This document shows, in pieces, positions 60,300 to 64,000 of a stretch of DNA of 64,000 nt (positions are counted from its first letter, which is position 1; every line of letters starts with the position of its first letter). The stretch covers positions 96,001 to 160,000 of the forward strand of contig CAZALK010000003.1 in assembly GCA_964486045.1 (NCBI GenBank), given 5' to 3'. The stretch is from an uncultured archaeon. GTDB lineage: Archaea; Asgardarchaeota; Lokiarchaeia; Sigyniarchaeales; SOKP01. The position numbers were made by a program, and so were the translations under genes. The notes under the pieces were generated by a model. It ran no database searches and was not told the origin of the DNA. It saw nothing but the letters and a program-made list of their open reading frames with translations.

Positions 60300-60920
60300 C
60301 TACAATCCAAAACTAGAAAAATACGCTGTATAATATCCCAACACGGATATAACACTTATCGAAATAATCCAGGATCTTTTATACTGTTTATAATACTCAT
60401 CCTCTATCTGTTTTTCTTTTGATTCATCTGCAAGTGCTTGTTGTTTTTGGATCTTCAATGATCCTGGATCGGATAATACATAATAGAGACTTGCGTCATA
60501 TTTGGCTCTATCTCTAATTAAAGCCATTTTACCCCATGTATCCAACAATTTTGAATCTTTAAGTTTGATCATTATGTACAAAATTTCACAAATTGCGATA
60601 CCGAATATGAGATAATCGAAAAATCCATAACTGAAATTTGTTGTTGGAATTATTAAAATCCCTGGCAAGGAATAGAAAGCCCCACAGAGAATAGCCCCAA
60701 TAACAAAAACCATATAGAAAGGATTTTTTTTAATAAAAGTTAAAATAATTCCAATCGTCAATATCAGCAGAAAAATGTGAGCAAGAAACGCTAAAATTAA
60801 ACTATTTAGAATTATCAGCACCATAAAACTCATGACAAAACAGTTGAATAAACCAAAGAAAATATCAAAATACTCAATAATCTCTCTTTTATTTGAAGTG
60901 TTATTATCATTCATTTCCAT
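60300..60920 (-). CDS. Hypothetical membrane protein
   Basis: About 5 hydrophobic segments. Confidence 0.72.
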   Translation of the reverse strand: MEMNDNNTSNKREIIEYFDIFFGLFNCFVMSFMVLIILNSLILAFLAHIFLLILTIGIILTFIKKNPFYMVFVIGAILCGAFYSLPGILIIPTTNFSYGFFDYLIFGIAICEILYIMIKLKDSKLLDTWGKMALIRDRAKYDASLYYVLSDPGSLKIQKQQALADESKEKQIEDEYYKQYKRSWIISISVISVLGYYTAYFSSFGL

Positions 60921-61071
60921 TGTTTTTGTTAGGTTTTAGATTAAATTCGATTATTTAATTAATATGGGATAATTAATGATTAAATAAAAATTGGGATATA
61001 TTAGGGAAAAAAAATTATGTAAAAAGCTTATGTTAAAGAGTTATTTATTACATTCTTGGTCAGAAAATTCT

Positions 61072-62496
61072 CTAATAATTTAACCCTTTAAAGTAGTTAA
61101 CGGTAGTAAAAAGATTCTTACCACCTTTTCTTAGAAACTTCATCGCATCCTCTATTCCTTCAATAGACAAATCATACATGGGGATAATACTAGAAATTAT
61201 TTTACGCGTCCAAGGGCTCCATTCGGGTCTAATTAACTCGGGGTTTAGCCACACAATCCCATCCTTGAAATGGTGAGCTAGCTCTTTAATATAATAGATA
61301 CCAGGCATCTCATTCTTGTGATAGTAATATATCGAACCATACTTTTCTGTAAGTTCCCAACTAGCCATAGCAGCGTCTCCAACGATCACTACGCGATATT
61401 TTTTGTCATATTTTTTTAAAAAATCATCAAATTCAATTGCTTCATCAGGATTTCTTCGACCACTAAAGTATAGAGTCTCATAAATGCAATTATGAAAGTA
61501 ATAATATTTGAAGTCCTTCCAGTGTGACATGTTATTAGCTGCGGAGAAAAGAAGATTGACGAATTTGGCATATGGAGTCATACTACCACCTACGTCCATA
61601 AGAAGTAAGATTTTAACATCATTTTTGCGTCGTTTATCAAACACTATTTCGATATCTCCACCATTCTTTGCGGTCTTATCAATAGTATCATCAATATTCA
61701 ATTCATCTTGCTTTCCAATTTCTTCAAGTTTTTTGAGTCTTTTAAGAGCTACTTTAATCTGTCTTGTATCGAGAACTATATCTTTTCTATAGTCTTTAAA
61801 GATTCTTTTTTCAGCAATTTGAACGGCAGTTCGCATTCCTGCTGATCCCCCAATTCTCATACCCATTTCATTTTGTCCAGAATTACCAAATGGTGAAGTA
61901 CCTCGAGTACCAACCCAATGGTCCCCGAAATTGTGTTCTTCATCCTGTTGCTGCATTAATTCTTCGAGTCTTTTTTGCATTTCTTCAAGACTAAAAAACT
62001 GACTCCTCATTTCTGATGGTTGTCCGCCTAACTCATTTGCGTTGAGATTACTCTTTAGCCATTTTAGGATTTCTTCCCTAATCATATCTGGTGTGTCAGT
62101 TAAAACTCCTTTTCGTAGCTCAGCATCGTATTTTTCCAAAAGTTCTTCCAAAAATTTTTGTATATCCTCCACATTCAAATACTGCTGGTATTCTTTTAGT
62201 AGGATTTGTACTCCTTCTATTAATTCAGGAAAAGCTAGGGGTTTTTCAAGCCAATCCCAAATGTCTTGTTTAAAATCTTCTGGGAATTGGATCATCGCGT
62301 TTTTGAAGAAGTTCGCAAATGAAATATCATAGATATCAAAGTGATGCTCGTTCTTGCAGAGGATGGATCTTGAAGTGTAATAAAAATCTAAAAAATTCTT
62401 AATAAGCCCTTTATTAAGAGCTTCTAATAAAGTCAAATACTCTGTAATACTTACCGGCAATCTTTCTTTCAGATAGTAGAAAAATTCGACAAACAT
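61072..62496 (-). CDS. VWA-domain CoxE-like protein
   Basis: WVGTRGTSPFG, MDVGGSM MIDAS-like motif, YFHNC, VGDA.M, VWLNP. Confidence 0.87.
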   Translation of the reverse strand: MFVEFFYYLKERLPVSITEYLTLLEALNKGLIKNFLDFYYTSRSILCKNEHHFDIYDISFANFFKNAMIQFPEDFKQDIWDWLEKPLAFPELIEGVQILLKEYQQYLNVEDIQKFLEELLEKYDAELRKGVLTDTPDMIREEILKWLKSNLNANELGGQPSEMRSQFFSLEEMQKRLEELMQQQDEEHNFGDHWVGTRGTSPFGNSGQNEMGMRIGGSAGMRTAVQIAEKRIFKDYRKDIVLDTRQIKVALKRLKKLEEIGKQDELNIDDTIDKTAKNGGDIEIVFDKRRKNDVKILLLMDVGGSMTPYAKFVNLLFSAANNMSHWKDFKYYYFHNCIYETLYFSGRRNPDEAIEFDDFLKKYDKKYRVVIVGDAAMASWELTEKYGSIYYYHKNEMPGIYYIKELAHHFKDGIVWLNPELIRPEWSPWTRKIISSIIPMYDLSIEGIEDAMKFLRKGGKNLFTTVNYFKGLNY

Positions 62497-62660
62497 TTCT
62501 ATAAATAATCTAATTTATTATTTCTTAATATTATATAAATTTGTAACTATTATAGGTTTTTGTCAAGTTAGGGGTAATAATAAAACCTACATTGATTCCA
62601 AAAGCAAACTGCCTTAGAAAACAATTAATATCACACTTATTTACTCCTAATTTATTTTTT

Positions 62661-63836
62661 TTAATTTGTATACTCACAGATAATAGCACTCGGTTTATTT
62701 AAGACTTTTGTAAGAATGAGGAGCCCTTTTTTTCTCCCTTTCCCATGAAATGACTTCTGAATGCTCTTTAAATCAACAGAGATCCCTCGAGCTTTCAAAT
62801 CCACATGACTAATGTTTAACCTTCTTAGAGTTTTATTAATTAAACTGTAATCCAAGGTAATATAAGTAAGAACATGATAACATTTTAAAATGGGAATGTT
62901 GATAAATGAATCGCTTGTAAGATAGGCAATTTTTTTATGTATTTGAGATAGTTCATATAGTTCTGCGATATCACTTATTAAATGTGCTTTAATAAAAGCA
63001 GGATCGGGTTCATAGATAAAATCCTTAGGTTCGCAAACAGGAACAATATATCTTTTTGATTTTTGAACCCAAGTAATTTTTTCAGGTAATTTAGTTGCTA
63101 AAATTGCGTTCGTATCTGAATAGGTTTTAAATTTACCAAACCACAAGACAACTTCTTTTACTTCTCCCTTATAGGATATAACTTCAATATCACAATCATA
63201 TTTAATTCGAGAAAGATCGACCCTCGGGGCTATTTTTACACATATATTTTGGGAAAAAAATTTTAATTTTTCAACAAATGATAGAGGAGGTTCATACTCT
63301 TCAATTTTAACGGTTCTAATCCCCTTACTTCTTCTACTTGGATCAAAAAAGATACAATCAACATCTCCCAATTTCTTCTGAAAATCAATATCATCTAACA
63401 ATTTTATTATATCACCGAGAAAAAAATCCACATTTTGGTCGACGTTATAAACATGTATATTATGTTTTAACATTTCCATGGTGTTTGGATTTTTTTCTAC
63501 TGATAACACGTTCCAACGCAGTGCCATGGCAATAGTATCTCCTCCGATACCGGCTCCTACGTCTAATGATTTTTGAATCTTACCTAATTTCTGTCTCATC
63601 TTCCAAGTTCGATATTGCGCAACGTGTATTGAAGAAGCTTGAGACAATCCATCCCTACTAAATTTCATTTGATGTGCTCTAGGGAACTTCTTTTTCCCTT
63701 TAACCTGTAAATGAACTTCTTCAAGAAGTTTCTCGATTTCTATTTTACCGAAACCTTTTTTTTCTAAGAAAATCCAACGCTTTTTGACATCTCGGATTTG
63801 AGAGAGCGTATCAATTAAAGATCCCATGCACAACAA
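62661..63836 (-). CDS. Class I SAM-dependent methyltransferase with THUMP-like C-terminal domain
   Basis: LSQASS..VA, DVGAGIGGD, FDPSRR, VKIAP, YEPDPA. Confidence 0.85.
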   Translation of the reverse strand: MLCMGSLIDTLSQIRDVKKRWIFLEKKGFGKIEIEKLLEEVHLQVKGKKKFPRAHQMKFSRDGLSQASSIHVAQYRTWKMRQKLGKIQKSLDVGAGIGGDTIAMALRWNVLSVEKNPNTMEMLKHNIHVYNVDQNVDFFLGDIIKLLDDIDFQKKLGDVDCIFFDPSRRSKGIRTVKIEEYEPPLSFVEKLKFFSQNICVKIAPRVDLSRIKYDCDIEVISYKGEVKEVVLWFGKFKTYSDTNAILATKLPEKITWVQKSKRYIVPVCEPKDFIYEPDPAFIKAHLISDIAELYELSQIHKKIAYLTSDSFINIPILKCYHVLTYITLDYSLINKTLRRLNISHVDLKARGISVDLKSIQKSFHGKGRKKGLLILTKVLNKPSAIICEYTN

Positions 63837-64000
63837 TTGTTTATTATTATTTTAGAAATATATTAAACACATAACTGTAACCTTATTATAGCTAATTTCT
63901 AATTAATAATAAAGATATAATATGATTTTTATTGAATGTCTAAAATTTAACAATTAAATGCTTAATTTGAGTTCTGAATATTTTTATTTTTTTCAAAAAA

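Noticed and set aside
15-63535. Many 60-190 aa ORFs antisense to or inside longer genes (e.g. 508..768, 22212..22775, 27149..27505, 44475..44792)
   Set aside because: Shadow ORFs of well-supported genes, with no motifs of their own

Overview
This AT-rich, gene-dense archaeal window holds about 60 CDSs. I saw no rRNA, tRNA, CRISPR array or intact mobile element. It is most consistent with an Asgard archaeon (Lokiarchaeia/Promethearchaeia-like). That is an inference from GGTGA/GAGGT Shine-Dalgarno motifs, archaeal TATA boxes, fwd-like and corrinoid methyltransferase genes, a longin-domain gene and many paralogous fatty-acid/acyl-CoA enzymes. Most genes encode heterotrophic metabolism: four NMO/FabK-family flavoproteins, two crotonases, an acyl-CoA dehydrogenase, MaoC, CoA-transferases, thioesterases, peptidases, a sulfatase, a haloalkane dehalogenase and four MFS transporters. 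Highlights: (1) a 2004-aa membrane-anchored alpha-2-macroglobulin/thioester protein with an intact GCIEQ motif, directly behind a membrane-tethered winged-helix regulator; (2) a unit with two unannotated ~25-aa ORFs, a bactofilin-like beta-helix protein and a coiled-coil/RHH/winged-helix protein, under a promoter with a 21-bp-phased TGTGT(A/T) repeat array; (3) a divergent fwdG-B-D-A-like cluster that lacks fwdC and has substitutions at catalytic positions; (4) a longin gene and other genes that appear to start at ATA/ATT codons; (5) a structured intergenic region at 25.5-25.8 kb. All calls come from reading motifs by eye; no searches were run.
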